A stretch of DNA of 64,000 nt from Enoplolaimus lenunculus (Eukaryota): NCBI GenBank assembly GCA_030248215.1, contig JASANG010003930.1:434001-498000 (forward strand), in the 5' to 3' direction. The position numbers were made by a program, and so were the translations under genes. Shown here piece after piece: positions 51,786 to 63,727 of this stretch (position 1 is the stretch's first letter; each line of letters begins with the position of its first letter). Under the pieces are notes generated by a model that saw nothing but the letters and a program-made list of their open reading frames with translations, was not told the origin of the DNA and searched no databases.

Positions 51786-52105
51786 TAGTGATGGGTATCG
51801 GATATTTTTTCATATCCGGACATTCGGCATTTCTTTCGGAAATCTGTCAGGATATCCGAAATTAAATTTTCTATTTCAGATATCCGAAACTCAATTTTGC
51901 GTTTTTTGGGTTTCTGAACCTCAATTTTCGTTTCTTAAGCAATTGTTTTAACTTGTTGCTCCAAAGGAGGACACTAACCCGCAAGCTGATTGTTATGAAC
52001 GTGAAACATAAAGCTAGTTAGTATGCAACCGCCTCAATAGTGCTGTGTGTATTCGGCTTGGAAGATTGCTACTGACTAATAAATACTTGCGTTAGTAACC
52101 TGAAA
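51786..52105 (+). repeat. Interspersed repeat beginning TAGTGATGGG (hAT-like end); second copy at ~56728-57060
   Basis: Collinear similarity over ~300 bp (GGATATCCGAA..CCTCAATTTTCGTTTC..CAAGCTGATTG..GAAGATTGCTACT..AATAAATACTTGC). Confidence 0.65.
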
Positions 52106-52437
52106 TAATCGTACAAACATTAGCCCATGTTACTTTTAGTGGTGTTCCGCTTTCAGCGGCCATCCCAGAAATTTCTTATGGGTAGCAGACTGGTAAATGT
52201 TTTCGAAAACAATTCTTCACTTAAAAATTTTTCATGTATCTTACTGTGTACAAGCGACGCGCTGAGTTGAATTACGTCATTTGCTTAAAATAAAAACCTA
52301 AGACTATTAATCTCTGTTTCAAATCAAATGAACGAAGCTGTTTATTGTAGGGTGGCACTATACTTGTCGTCGGCGACGTTCGACGACGTACGACACCGCA
52401 AGTTAAGACTTTTTTTATGAATTGTAATGCGATGTCA

Positions 52438-52621
52438 GGCCCATGTTACTTTAAGGGGCGTCCAGGTTTCTAGTGAGTCTATAAAAAAGTAGGTTTAGAT
52501 TGTGGATTACATTTTGTTGCTTAGGCTAAGCTTAGGAACAGGAACACATTTTTGCAACGCGTCAGCTTATGCTTAGAAATACGCTTAATCTACTGTTACG
52601 CCCCTAAAAGTAATATTGGCC
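52438..52621. mobile_element. Merlin-like MITE (family B) with TTAGGC-type repeats, 184 bp
   Basis: 24-bp TIR GGCCCATGTTACTTTAAGGGGCGT / ACGCCCCTAAAAGTAATATTGGCC; perfect 8-bp TSD CGATGTCA (52430-52437 and 52622-52629). GG termini with an 8-bp TSD fit Merlin/IS1016. Confidence 0.8.
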
Positions 52622-52720
52622 CGATGTCATGTAGAAACTCGTGTGCTTTGCGGTACAGTACCGTATGGTTACGAACGACGACGGACGTCATCAAAAGTGT
52701 AACACCGCCTGGCCCATGTA

Positions 52721-53253
52721 CTGTAGTGACCCGAATAAGAAGGGGACTGATAGTTATTTGGCCTCTCCAGAGGGTAGCCCCCTTGTTATCCGGTTACGGA
52801 CTGTTATTTATTTTTAACCCACGCTCCGCCGCCCTTCGTTACTGATATATATCCGGTACTGCAATTATCCGTTGAATTAAACGTTTATTTGTTTTGTGTT
52901 AAGGATATACTTAGGAATGCACTTTCCAAATTTAAGTACGCTTTAAAGTTTCGAACTCAAATGGTTTGATCCTGGAGTCATTTATGCGCTACAATTAGGG
53001 TTAATTGTCATTTATGGACTCTAGGGTTTAGGCACTCTATCCGCTGACGGACTCTTATTTTTTTTGCTACTGTCAGTTTATTTTAACCCATGATATATAA
53101 TTAGCATAATTCATATTTAAACCAAACAAAGTAATAACACATTGGCAACAAAACGCATCAAAGCATCAAATGATTAAGGATACGGACTCCTATTGATTCG
53201 GACTCAAAATGGGGACCCTCTTACCCCACCCCCTCTTATTCTGGACAATACAG
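52721..53253. mobile_element. Tc2/pogo-like MITE, family A, carrying a ~113-bp insert
   Basis: Both TIRs and TA flanks; extra sequence at ~53060-53172 absent from the other copies. Confidence 0.85.
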
Positions 53254-53814
53254 TAACGACCAGGGTCGGAACATTTTTCTGTGGGACTATTAAAATTAGA
53301 CTATTTTTTTGCTTGGCTTGGGCTTAACCTTAGGAATATGCTCATTCTTTACGCTTAGGCTTAAAATATGCTTATAATGCTGTTCCGCCCCTGTTCTTCA
53401 TGCGGGGCTCACGTTATAACTGGGGCAGCTTGGGATACGTTTTGTCCCTATTAGACTATAGAGTAACATTTTGTCTGCTTATAGACCCTGTATAAAAGTG
53501 TCTATTTTCTATGAATTAAAAACTCTGGGGTTAAGTAAATACGAGCGGGTTAAGTCAGTTTTTCGCATTTGCAATATATTTAAATATTTTGTTTGTGATT
53601 TGGAGCAGTTAAATTTTTCGTAAAAATAAGGGTTTTGGCCTCACCTCCGGCAAGTTTTATAGACCTATGGTTCCGGTATTTTTCATCTCGGGTTGCACCC
53701 TGAATTATTTATGAACGTATCTTTGAAACAAATTTCTTGAAAGACAGGTCGTATAAAGTTGAAAACTTGAAAGCTCCGGAACTCACTGGTGCCGGAAGAG
53801 TTTTCGGTTGATTG

Positions 53815-54104
53815 TAGAGATGGCTGATGTATCGGCATCGGCACGGCAAAACATTGTCGATTCTTTGCCTATACTTTTGCACATATAACAGTAAGTTGGA
53901 ATGCTATTAGTTTTATTTCTGGGCGCATATCTGTATGTCTGGTCAGGAAAACTGTTCTTTTGCTAGGGTTTAAGTCTTCATATATAATGATGTAGTAGTA
54001 TCTATCTGTTTATTAAGCATTGTGTGCTAAAGTTGGAATCGGCATCGGTAAAATTTCAAAATAAGAATCGATATCGGCAAAAACTTGGTAGCGGAGCATC
54101 CCTA
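53815..54104. mobile_element. hAT-like MITE (GCCGAT-rich family), reverse orientation
   Basis: TAGAGATG ... CATCCCTA ends; ATCGGCATCGG repeats; homologous to 35058-35340. Confidence 0.6.
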
Positions 54105-54597
54105 AATTATTGTTCTGGTTCGAAAACGATAAACGCAATTGAACTAGAAATATGTTAATCATACACTAAAATAAAAGTAACCAACATAAGATTTATTTTC
54201 TAAAACATTAAATCTGCCAGGAAGAAATTGACGCTTGTCTCCAAGCAAACTGTGCATATAGATTCTCTACATTTATACGCACTGCGACAGAATCAAAACT
54301 TCAGTCGTCACATCCCGAGTGCAAACTCTTATGTTATTATAATTGTCAAAATTTGGATCAGAAAACCACTCATCTTACAGCAACCATAGATTACCTATCC
54401 TAGCCACACCGAATTCAACTGAAATACGATATCAAGATATTACATTAAGCTTTATTTTGCCCCTCACATCATTCTATTCCTAGATTCAAGAGAATCGAGC
54501 TATGTAAAATTTAAAACAAAAATTTAACCGCCTTATAGAGCCAAATCTATTCAAAACTTTTAATTTACAATAATATAATAAGAGACTAAACTAACAC

Positions 54598-55475
54598 CTA
54601 CTCCGCACCTGTGCCATCTTCGATACTCCCAAATTTACAAGTTCTTACGTTACTTCCAGATTGACTTAAGTGTTTGATAATATCAACCCAGTCGGAACCG
54701 CGTTCTTTCGTACCAAATCCCTCTCCACGATCCCACATTCGGCGTTTGGCGTTCTTGGACATGTGTTTTCCTTGTTTTCCCGCAGTATTTGAGGAAGCAT
54801 CGCGAATTGCTTCACCTGATGCAGTATCGCAATCGTCTTCACTGAAGTGGGCCATTCCATTAACACTATCAACCCGAGAAGCATTCATATCCATCCACGA
54901 AGCAGCCATTTCCTCAGTAAAACTAAATAAAGAAAATGTAGCTGGCATTCCGGCGAATTTCTCGCATTCTTTTCGCAAGTCGTCGATCATTTGCTTCTTC
55001 ACTGCGGATGATAAATGCTTATTGTAGAATACTTCCAAATTGAGCAAAGGATTACTTGTAGAGGGGTAATCAGCTGGCCACACAACTTCTAGAACAAATG
55101 ACTTGGCCGAGGCATTGTCGCCTGAAATTAAATATAAAAATTACAAATGATACGTAATAGCCATCCTCTCCGTCCAATTACCAGCTGACTTTCGTTCGCT
55201 ACACAGATGGAAATCTGCTGGTCATGTTTCAGTTTGATTTGCCAATGTTTTAAATATCTTTGTTTCAAACGCTATCCAATATCATGTGGCGTTAAAACAT
55301 TGGCGTTAAAACATTCAAATTTTTCTGCGCTGTAAAATGTGCGCGTTTGCTAAAACCTACCAAACTTGAACTGAAACTTCGAATCAGACAAAATTTGAAA
55401 CCTTTCGTCGCCGTCATAAATTGATTTCAGAACCTCAAACTCTTCGTTTTGCTGTTGCTCGTTGTAGCAATCCAT
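54598..55475 (-). CDS. RWDD4: RWD domain-containing protein 4; 2 exons, ~212 aa
   Basis: Exon 55475-55361 (MDCYNEQQQNEEFEVLKSIYDGDERF...; donor GTAGGT) joins exon 55121-54598 (acceptor TTTCAG). RWD motifs EVLKSIY and W..DYP...P; RWDD4-type tail SKNAKRRMWD...RGSDWVDIIKHLSQSG. TTCAG acceptor 9 nt upstream of the ATG. Confidence 0.9.
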
Positions 55476-55580
55476 TGAACTAGGCTGAAGTAATTGGTAT
55501 TACAGGGCGCAATGAAGAAGACACGGACCTAAATCGCACATACAGACAGATGTCTACAATACTGAGAGTTATTTAGATTG

Positions 55581-55752
55581 TTACGTGTTGCATATAGCAG
55601 TAAGTAATAAATTCAGATAACTTATTTAGACAACCATTTTCTTCATGCGAATTTAGACATCTTAACTTACGTGTTGCATATAGCAGTAAGTAATAAATTC
55701 AGATAACTTATTTAGACAACCATTTTCTTCATGCGAATTTAGACCTCTTAAC
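55581..55752. repeat. Tandem duplication, 2 x 86 bp, upstream of RWDD4
   Basis: Units start at 55581 and 55667 and differ by one base (GACATCTT/GACCTCTT). Confidence 0.9.
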
Positions 55753-55846
55753 TTTGATCAGTTGCTTAACTGTTCTGTATTTGGGGTATACGCTCCGGTT
55801 GTACCTTATTCCATACTAATTTTTTAATGTTTACATCCAATGTCCC

Positions 55847-56316
55847 TGTAAGAATGTAAAACATGTTTGTCCGTGTGTAAATGCACGGGCATTGCAGTAT
55901 ATAATATGCTTGCCAGCAGCATATGGTCGACACATATAGTCGACGAAAAAAATCGTTGGAAAGGCGGGCTGCGTGGCACAGTAGTAGAGCGCTTGCCTCG
56001 AAATCCTAAGGCCGCTAATTCGAAACTATCCGTAACCAGCTTTTCCAGCTGCTTAGTTAAAAGATCTAAAGTCCCGGTTCCTACCTTGACTGATATGGGG
56101 CTACGCCGTGAGCGCAATAATGGTAAATTGCCGCTCCATGAACACTGTATCCAGTCGAAAATAGTATGAACCGTCCATGGAAAACCTTGGCTAAAATTGG
56201 GTCATGTAAGCATGTGAGACATGCTTGTCCGTGTGTTAATTCGAAAGCATCCGTAACTCGCTTTCTCAGCTTATTAGTTAAAAGATCTGATGTCCCGGTT
56301 CCAATCTAGACTGACT
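55847..56316 (+). mobile_element. Terminal-repeat retrotransposon in miniature (TRIM) with tRNA-like sequence in its LTR
   Basis: 5' LTR 55847-56095, 109-bp internal region starting TGG (PBS position), internally deleted 3' LTR 56205-56316; perfect 5-bp TSD GTCCC (55842-55846 and 56317-56321). Confidence 0.8.
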
Positions 56317-56385
56317 GTCCCTATGTGTCACAGTCTTTGGCTTTTGTTCATACGAAGAACAGCACCAACATAAACAACTTTTTGC

Positions 56386-56765
56386 TAGCGCCACGAGCAG
56401 AGGACAACCATTTTATAAGAGTTGCCCGTTGTTTGTTACCCAAAAACTAAAAAGTACTACACACTTTGTTTTTCCCTAGCTATGGGTTTTCCTATACTGT
56501 ATCTCGCTTCATCAGTACTGTCACTACTTGTGATGGGCATTGAATATTTATTCATATTCCGATATTCGAATTCTATCCGAATTTTAGCGCCACGAGCAGA
56601 GAACCACCATTTTAAAAGAGTTGCCCGTTGTTTGTTACTTAAAAACTAAAAAGTACTACACACTTTATTTTTCCCTAGCTATGGGTTTTCCTGTACTGTA
56701 TCTGGCTACATCAGTACTGTCACTACTTATGATGGGCATTGAGTATTTATTCATATCCCGATATG
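56386..56765. repeat. Tandem duplication, period ~199 bp
   Basis: TAGCGCCACGAGCAGAG... starts at 56386 and 56585; copies are highly similar through GATGGGCATTGA..TATTCATAT. Confidence 0.85.
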
Positions 56766-58609
56766 CGGCAAGTTTATCCGAATTTTTATCCGGATATCCG
56801 AATATATTCAAATATGAATATCCGAACTTCGATTTTGCGTTTTTTTTTGTTTCCAAACCTCAATTTTCGTTTCTCAAGCGTTTGTTTTAACTTATCACTC
56901 TAAGGTAAGTACTCTCACCCACAAGCTGATTGCTATGAGCGCAAAACGTATAATTCTAAATTCTATATATGTTTTATTGTGCAACTGCTTCATTAGTGCT
57001 AGGTATTCGGTTGAGAAGATTGCTACTAACTAATAAATACTTGCATCGGCCACCTGAAATTGAGCTGATTTGATTTGTCTCCGATTCTATAGAATGTCGC
57101 CCTTCCCTACTTTTAGTCTGTCTCCGTCTGATTTAAACCGCTGCAACGGTGATTCTATTGAATGTCACCCTCTCCTCGAACAATATGTACATGAGTCGTT
57201 TTGCGTTCTAGAAGAAGGAACCACATTAAAATATACTTACGCTAATGAGCCATCTGCGTCATAACGCAAGCGCTACTGTAAAAATTGTCCTACCCATTTT
57301 TGGCCCTATGTTGTTCCCGGAAACTCGGTTTTTGCAGTACTTAAAACGTCCACAGGTTGTTTAGAACCTATCAGGACATTTAACACGCAGTATACATAGC
57401 AAAGAACATGTCCATATTCCCTGGATACCAACGTGTTTTGTCGCGAGTTCCTTCGAAGGGACTGCAAACATTGCGTTATAATAGCTACTGCGCTCTACTA
57501 TGCACGCATATATAAAAGCAGTGTTTGACTATGTGCTGTTAAAAGAGGTTTCAAGCGTTCTGAAGCCATGAAAACACATTAGTTTCGTCTTGACTCCCTT
57601 CGTAGGGATTAAGGACATTTAACACGTCCAAAACTACACTGCTGGAATTGTCTCAAATCCCCAACCGGAATATAAATTTGTACATACTTCCAAACAAGGT
57701 AGTTGGAAAACGTTTTACACTAGTGCGTGCGTTTTAACGTGGATGACCCATAAAATGGTACAAACATCAGACCATGTTACTTTTAGTGGTTCCGTGCTTT
57801 TACCGGCGGATCCAGAAATTTATGACGGGGCAGGTGCAGACTCTAACTTTCTGAGGGAAGACAATTGCAAGGTAGAGAGCTTGTCATTTTATATCACAAA
57901 AAATTTCAGACTGGAAAAATGTAGATACGTTACCATTTTATCATTAAACATTTTTGATGGGGGCGTACGCCCGCCTGCCAACCTCGGGATCCGCTATTGC
58001 CCTCCTTCTCACTAGACCGAAACAGAGAAGGCTTATATACATTATAGACTAATTTTTTTGCTTGGGATTAGACTAAAGCTTTGTTTTACGCTTGTGTTTA
58101 TTACGCTGAGGAGGCTTAAGCTTAGGAAACGCGCTGAGTTGAATTGCGTCATTTTTTGCGTTTGATGACTGGTTTAGCACACCTTCACTATTAATTTCAC
58201 GACACAAAGCAGGAAACTTTTTCTTCAGCAACCAAACTTTTTGAATCAATTTTTACTTTTTCTATCTCAAGGGGGGCTGCGGCTTCCTTGAACCTTTCAG
58301 ATTTTGAAAGAACTCTAAGCAGGATAGGGTTGTCGCCGCCCAACTCGACACTAAGCTGTTCATTATTCAGACAGCTAGAATCGCTGATAAAGTACTTTTA
58401 GACTGGTTTAATGTATGATAAGAAATCGCTTTAGCGTGAAGGTTTGAATTCAAAAGTTATGAGCTCATGGATTCTGTGTCATGGGAAATTCGAATGTGCC
58501 CCTCACAGATTGACACATTTGCAAGCTAGCCTGTTACTAATTAGCATCATACTCAGCTCAGTTAGGCTTGGCGTCTAAATATTAAATCAAGAGCGGTTAG
58601 AAATTTATA

Positions 58610-58719
58610 CACTGCAAAAATGAGTCGTATTTGACTCTGGAGGAGTCGAATTTGTCTGTTTTTGTAGTCCGGATAAGCATATTTCCAATAGTCAATTTGA
58701 CCCACCATTTTCTGTAGTG
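58610..58719. mobile_element. Short MITE, TA|CACTGCAAAAA ... TTTTCTGTAGTG|TA
   Basis: Inverted ends with TA flanks; internally similar to 32060-32288. Confidence 0.6.
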
Positions 58720-59001
58720 TAGCAGCGCTATTCCATAATATACTTTTCTATTTTTACGTTCCCTGAATGTTGTTATCGCGTAGCTGCACGAAATGAAGTC
58801 ACATGACTACTTATGCGTCATTAGTGTCGCAGATTGGAACCAAAGATCGTTGCCCCAAATGTTTTGAAAAAAATGATTTCTAATTAATCTGACAGTGATG
58901 TACGCTCATGCATATATATGCATATATATTACACACTCAATTGGTGTTGGTATCTCTTCCAAAATAACAATTTTGGCCCGGCCCGTGGTATTACGGTTGA
59001 G

Positions 59002-59429
59002 CAGTGACAGATCCAGGATCTCACAACGGGGGGGGCAAAATTTCAGAGGTAATAAACTTATTTTTGACCCACACACAAACGACGAACTATTGCCATAAAA
59101 TTAACTTCTTTACGTTCGTTCAAGTGAGATGAATCACAAATAAAATTAACGCATCAACGCAATTTAGTTGTAAACAACAGAGTGGCAACATAAATTCAGA
59201 TTTGGTTTCAAACAGGCACAAATTTAAAGGCTCGGATTCGGAAGCCAATTTAGTTTTGAAAAAGCAAAATCCAGTCAGCTTCAGCAACATCTTTTTCTGT
59301 TTTTGAATGAGTTTAACTGCCTGAATTTTCGGAACAGCGTAGAACAGTAATTGACACCCTATACAATTTTTGTAGATATGCTGTTGGGCGGCCCACGGCC
59401 GGGGTGGGCCCCCCATGGATCCGCCATTG
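59002..59429. mobile_element. hAT-like MITE
   Basis: TIR CAGTGACAGATCCA / TGGATCCGCCATTG; perfect 8-bp TSD CGGTTGAG (58994-59001 and 59430-59437). Confidence 0.85.
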
Positions 59430-61917
59430 CGGTTGAGTTACAAAAAGTACAATTAAAATTTAGTTTAATGCATAAATATCACGATTTACACGAACACCGG
59501 TAGACACACTGGTTACACAAACAAAAACATCAATACATAGTTTTGTTTCTATAAATACCCGTACATAAACAATGTGTTTCTAATTATAATTAGGTTGAGA
59601 ATGTTTTTCGAAAAACTCATAATATTCCAAAATTATCAAAATAGTATTTCTTGGCCTTTACGCCTAAGTAACGGCTCATGTTAATTATAAGGGCCTTTTC
59701 ACTAAGGTTAAGCTTAAGGTTAACCTAAACCGCTAAGTCTACGCTTACCATAATTCTAAGTCCACAGGCCCCTGTTTCCCAATCGGCAAGCACTATAATT
59801 AACATGGACCATAGTAAAAATTGCAACATCAGTACATATGGTTACTAGTAGCAAGGCGCATATACAAACTATTTGCTTTGCGTTCAAACTTCCGTGTGGG
59901 ATATAAAAGTTAAAAGCGGAAAAATTGCTTTCAAATATGACAAATGTTTTCATGCGCGGTGTTTCAAATCGAAAACATTTAAACTACGACGACACAAATT
60001 CACAGTTGCACATCGAGGATTTTTATTTGACGCGGCACTGTAAAATGACTAACTTAAAAATATTGGTCCTCAAACAAAATGCTATGTCATTTACGATGGC
60101 TCAGTAACACCACCTTACCGCAATTAATAATTTGCAGTTGGGGCGGCTGCAGTTATTTAAAAATATATTTTGCAATTAAAGCGATGTAAGAATATATTTT
60201 ACATTAAAATATATATGTTACACTGATACAAAAAGTAAAACACCATTAAGTGTGATATGACCAAAAATATTAAACCAAATATATAAACATTTTTAGGTTT
60301 TAGCAAAAAATGTACAAATAAGTTTATCACAATTTGTCAGAGACAGATTTAACCAGATAAACACATTCACCGGATTAATATATAAATTTTATATTGACCG
60401 TCTACTACAATATTTATAACAAGCAGCCATTCAAATGGTCAAAGAAACGGGGCGCATATTTCGTGCATGGAGCAGGCTTAATAAACACTTGCTGCGTTAC
60501 CAAACCCTACTTAAGAACAACTTCGTACTTAATTACGTACTAACAAACTACTTAACCATTTTGTCGTTTTTAGGAACGCACTTAAGTTAAGTAAATACTT
60601 AAGTCGAGGGATAAATTTGGTCGAATACACATTTACCATTCAGGTATATATACTAACCTTGGTCAAATTAGAAATTGTAGACTATTGGTCCCTTTTCAAT
60701 ATAAAGCAACACTATACTTTCTTGTTATGACAATGGCTGATATTTCGTGTTTATTTGTTTTTGCTCGACAATTTATTATCATACAAATAAGTTTCTATAT
60801 AGAATTAGTCACGAACATTAATTTGAATGAAAGCTGGGTCAAAGTTTATATCTGACAGCCACCCCATAGCTTAGGCATAGATTCATATATTAGCTTCATA
60901 TCATGAGGAATATAAGACATTACGTAATGTGCATTACACTGGCTCAAAAATATGCAATACATACATACATATACACATAACTATTGCATGTTGAACATGG
61001 AAGTCAAAAATTGAAAATCAAAAATTCGAATGACCAATCGGTTAAATACGGTGACATCTTTTTTGAAGCTGAAATATAACTTTCAATTGTTCGCTGAAAT
61101 AAGCAGAAACCATTTTAAACTCTCAATAGCTATCATAAAAAAACCGGAACAAGTACAAACGGACCGAATATAAACGTTTCATAAATCTAAAGAAAAATTC
61201 TCTAAAATAGGTACTCCGGGAACAAAGCGATTTTAAAAAAGACGGCTTTCAGGCCGTCTCAACAACGAAACGAACAAACAGTGAAAGGGTAGATATGGAG
61301 GAGCTGAATTTTAGCTGTGGCTTGTATATATTAATAGTTTAACGACAAGACGTTCACACAAAATAAAAACCAGCAAGCACCGTTAGCGCAATAAAATTTC
61401 TTTGGTCATACCGGCACGGTAGAAATGGAATAACGATTGCAGTAAATTTTGACTTTGTCTAATTCCAGTAATCTTTATTCAAAGACTGGAATCAGTATTA
61501 ATCTGACAATTATTTTCGGCAATAGTCGTCACCAGAATATACAGAGGCCTCGGCAACATCCTGACTTTAGGAATATATCCCTTCCGTGTACGAAAAAAGT
61601 TTGAATCACTCGCAAACATTTCTTGATACCATTTTGAGGTGATTTGTCAAACTAGGGTTTTTTGCTATCTGGCAAGCACATGATAGCCGAAATGCAGATC
61701 CGTAGCCAGCTCTCCTCGCAAACGAAGCTGAAAATTTTTTAGGAGGAACATACAAGAGCTTTCGATGACTTACAAGCAAGGTTGAATGCTCTCTACGGGG
61801 AAGAGGGAAGCGAAATTCTTCACATTGACTTACAATAGCGGACGCTATTAAAATACACCAACTATGATAAGACATAAATACCGCACATATTACTTTCTAA
61901 ACAACGAATATTCATAA

Positions 61918-63078
61918 ACCAGTCGTAGTGGGACTACATATATTGAGCGAAGCTCAAACAAACGTAAGCAATTAAGGTAATATGCAAATTAGTTATTAGC
62001 TAACTATTCATTTATCGGTTTTGGAGGTTTGTAAGCAATTTTCTCAGATTTCTCGCACCCAAAAACCTTTCGCCACCCAAATAATTATTGGAATAATTCA
62101 AAAAGTCCTAATTTTGTCTCGTCAATTAAGCAAATATGCAAATTATGTATTAGCTAACTATTCGACAATTGCTTTTAAAGGTCTTCAGACAATTTATTCA
62201 GATTCCTCGCACCCAAAAACCCATTATTGCTGAAATTAGATTGCTTGTAACCCTAATAATTAGTGAAACATTGTAAAAACGCCTAATTTAGGCTTATCAA
62301 TTATACTTATATGCAAATTATCTATTAGCTAACTTCTCAATTATCGGTTTTTCGGTTTTACGACGTTTGTAAACAATTTATTCAGATTCCTCGCACCAAA
62401 ACCTTCAGTAAACCCTATTTATTGAAATAATTCAAAAAGTCCTTGTTTTGTTTTGTCGATTAAGCCAATATGTAAATTAACTATTAGCTAACTATTCAAT
62501 TATCGGTTTGGGATGCTTGTAAACAATTTATTCAAATTCTTCGCACCTAAAAACCCTTTATTGCTGAAATGATATTGCTTTTAACCTCAATAATTAGTGA
62601 AATATTGTAAGAAGTCCTAATTTAGGCTTACAAACTACGCTAATATGCAAATTAACCATTAGCTAACAACACAATTATCAGTTTTGGAGGTATGTAAACA
62701 GTTTACAGAGATTTCTCGCACCCAAAAACCCGTTAATGCTAAAATTAGATTGCTTCTAACTGAAATAATTACTGAAATATTGTGGAAAGTCCTAATTTAG
62801 GCTTAATTAATTATGCAAATTAGCCTGTAGCTAATAAACGGCTTAAAATTTTAAAACCCCAATGCGAGGTTAACACCCTAGAATAATTGGCTTTCAAACA
62901 AAAAAAGTTTATGAAAATCGGTTCAGCCGTTCCTGAGATTCTTTTCGGACGGACAGACGGACAGACGGACAGACGGACAGACGGACGGACGGACATCCAC
63001 CTTTCGACCCGCAAGTACAAAACATAAAACGCTTCGCGAAACTCCGAGCTTCGCTCGGAGTTTCGCTTCGCTCAATAA
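61918..63078 (-). mobile_element. DINE-1/HINE-like non-autonomous Helentron with central tandem repeats
   Basis: On the minus strand: 5' TT-ATTGAGCGAAGC subterminal repeat, (GTCY)n microsatellite (~62947-62995), about five 155-175-bp tandem units, inverted GCTTCGCTCAAT, then a GTAGT-CCC-ACTAC hairpin near the 3' end. Confidence 0.75.
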
Positions 63079-63727
63079 GATGTCTATGAAAACTATATTA
63101 CATTATTAATACCCTAACGAGTATTATGATTTATACACAAATCATGGAATGAATATCAGTATCATTATATATCGTGATTCAACAACACCGGATCGTCCAG
63201 CTGCATAGTTTCCACAGTTCTTCAATATCGAAAAGCATCTGAATTTACGACTAAACAGCATTAGTATCCCTCTGGTCCAATATTTATTCGCTATAAATTT
63301 GTACCGAACCTGATCAACATAAAATGCTTAGTTTCCAATCAATTTAGCCAAACCAGACGGTTCCAGCTGTCAAAACTAAAAACCGCATTAGCATTGTTTG
63401 GAATTTGCTGTGTGTAGAATTGTTCGAAGGTAAGTTTTGACACCCTGGTAATGTTCTGTGTACATTTAGAATTGCCTTCCGGATAATAAACCTAAAGATG
63501 TCCAACTGTAGAAGTATATGCTATAAAAACTGACTCAAAACAACGACGTGCAATTGTATATCCATTTTGCCTTGTCGTTCCTGACGATTCTAAATTAGGT
63601 ATAGTGTTCCAATAACATTGTCACAAACTTGTCGACTATTTTTAAATTTTATTATCACTCAAATTTAAATGGAGTCGATTTAAAATCACGAAATATCGGT
63701 AGCTGCGTTATTATAACAAATTAGTTG

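Noticed and set aside
54666..55027. Alternative-frame and antisense ORFs over RWDD4
   Set aside because: Shadow ORFs of the real coding exon.
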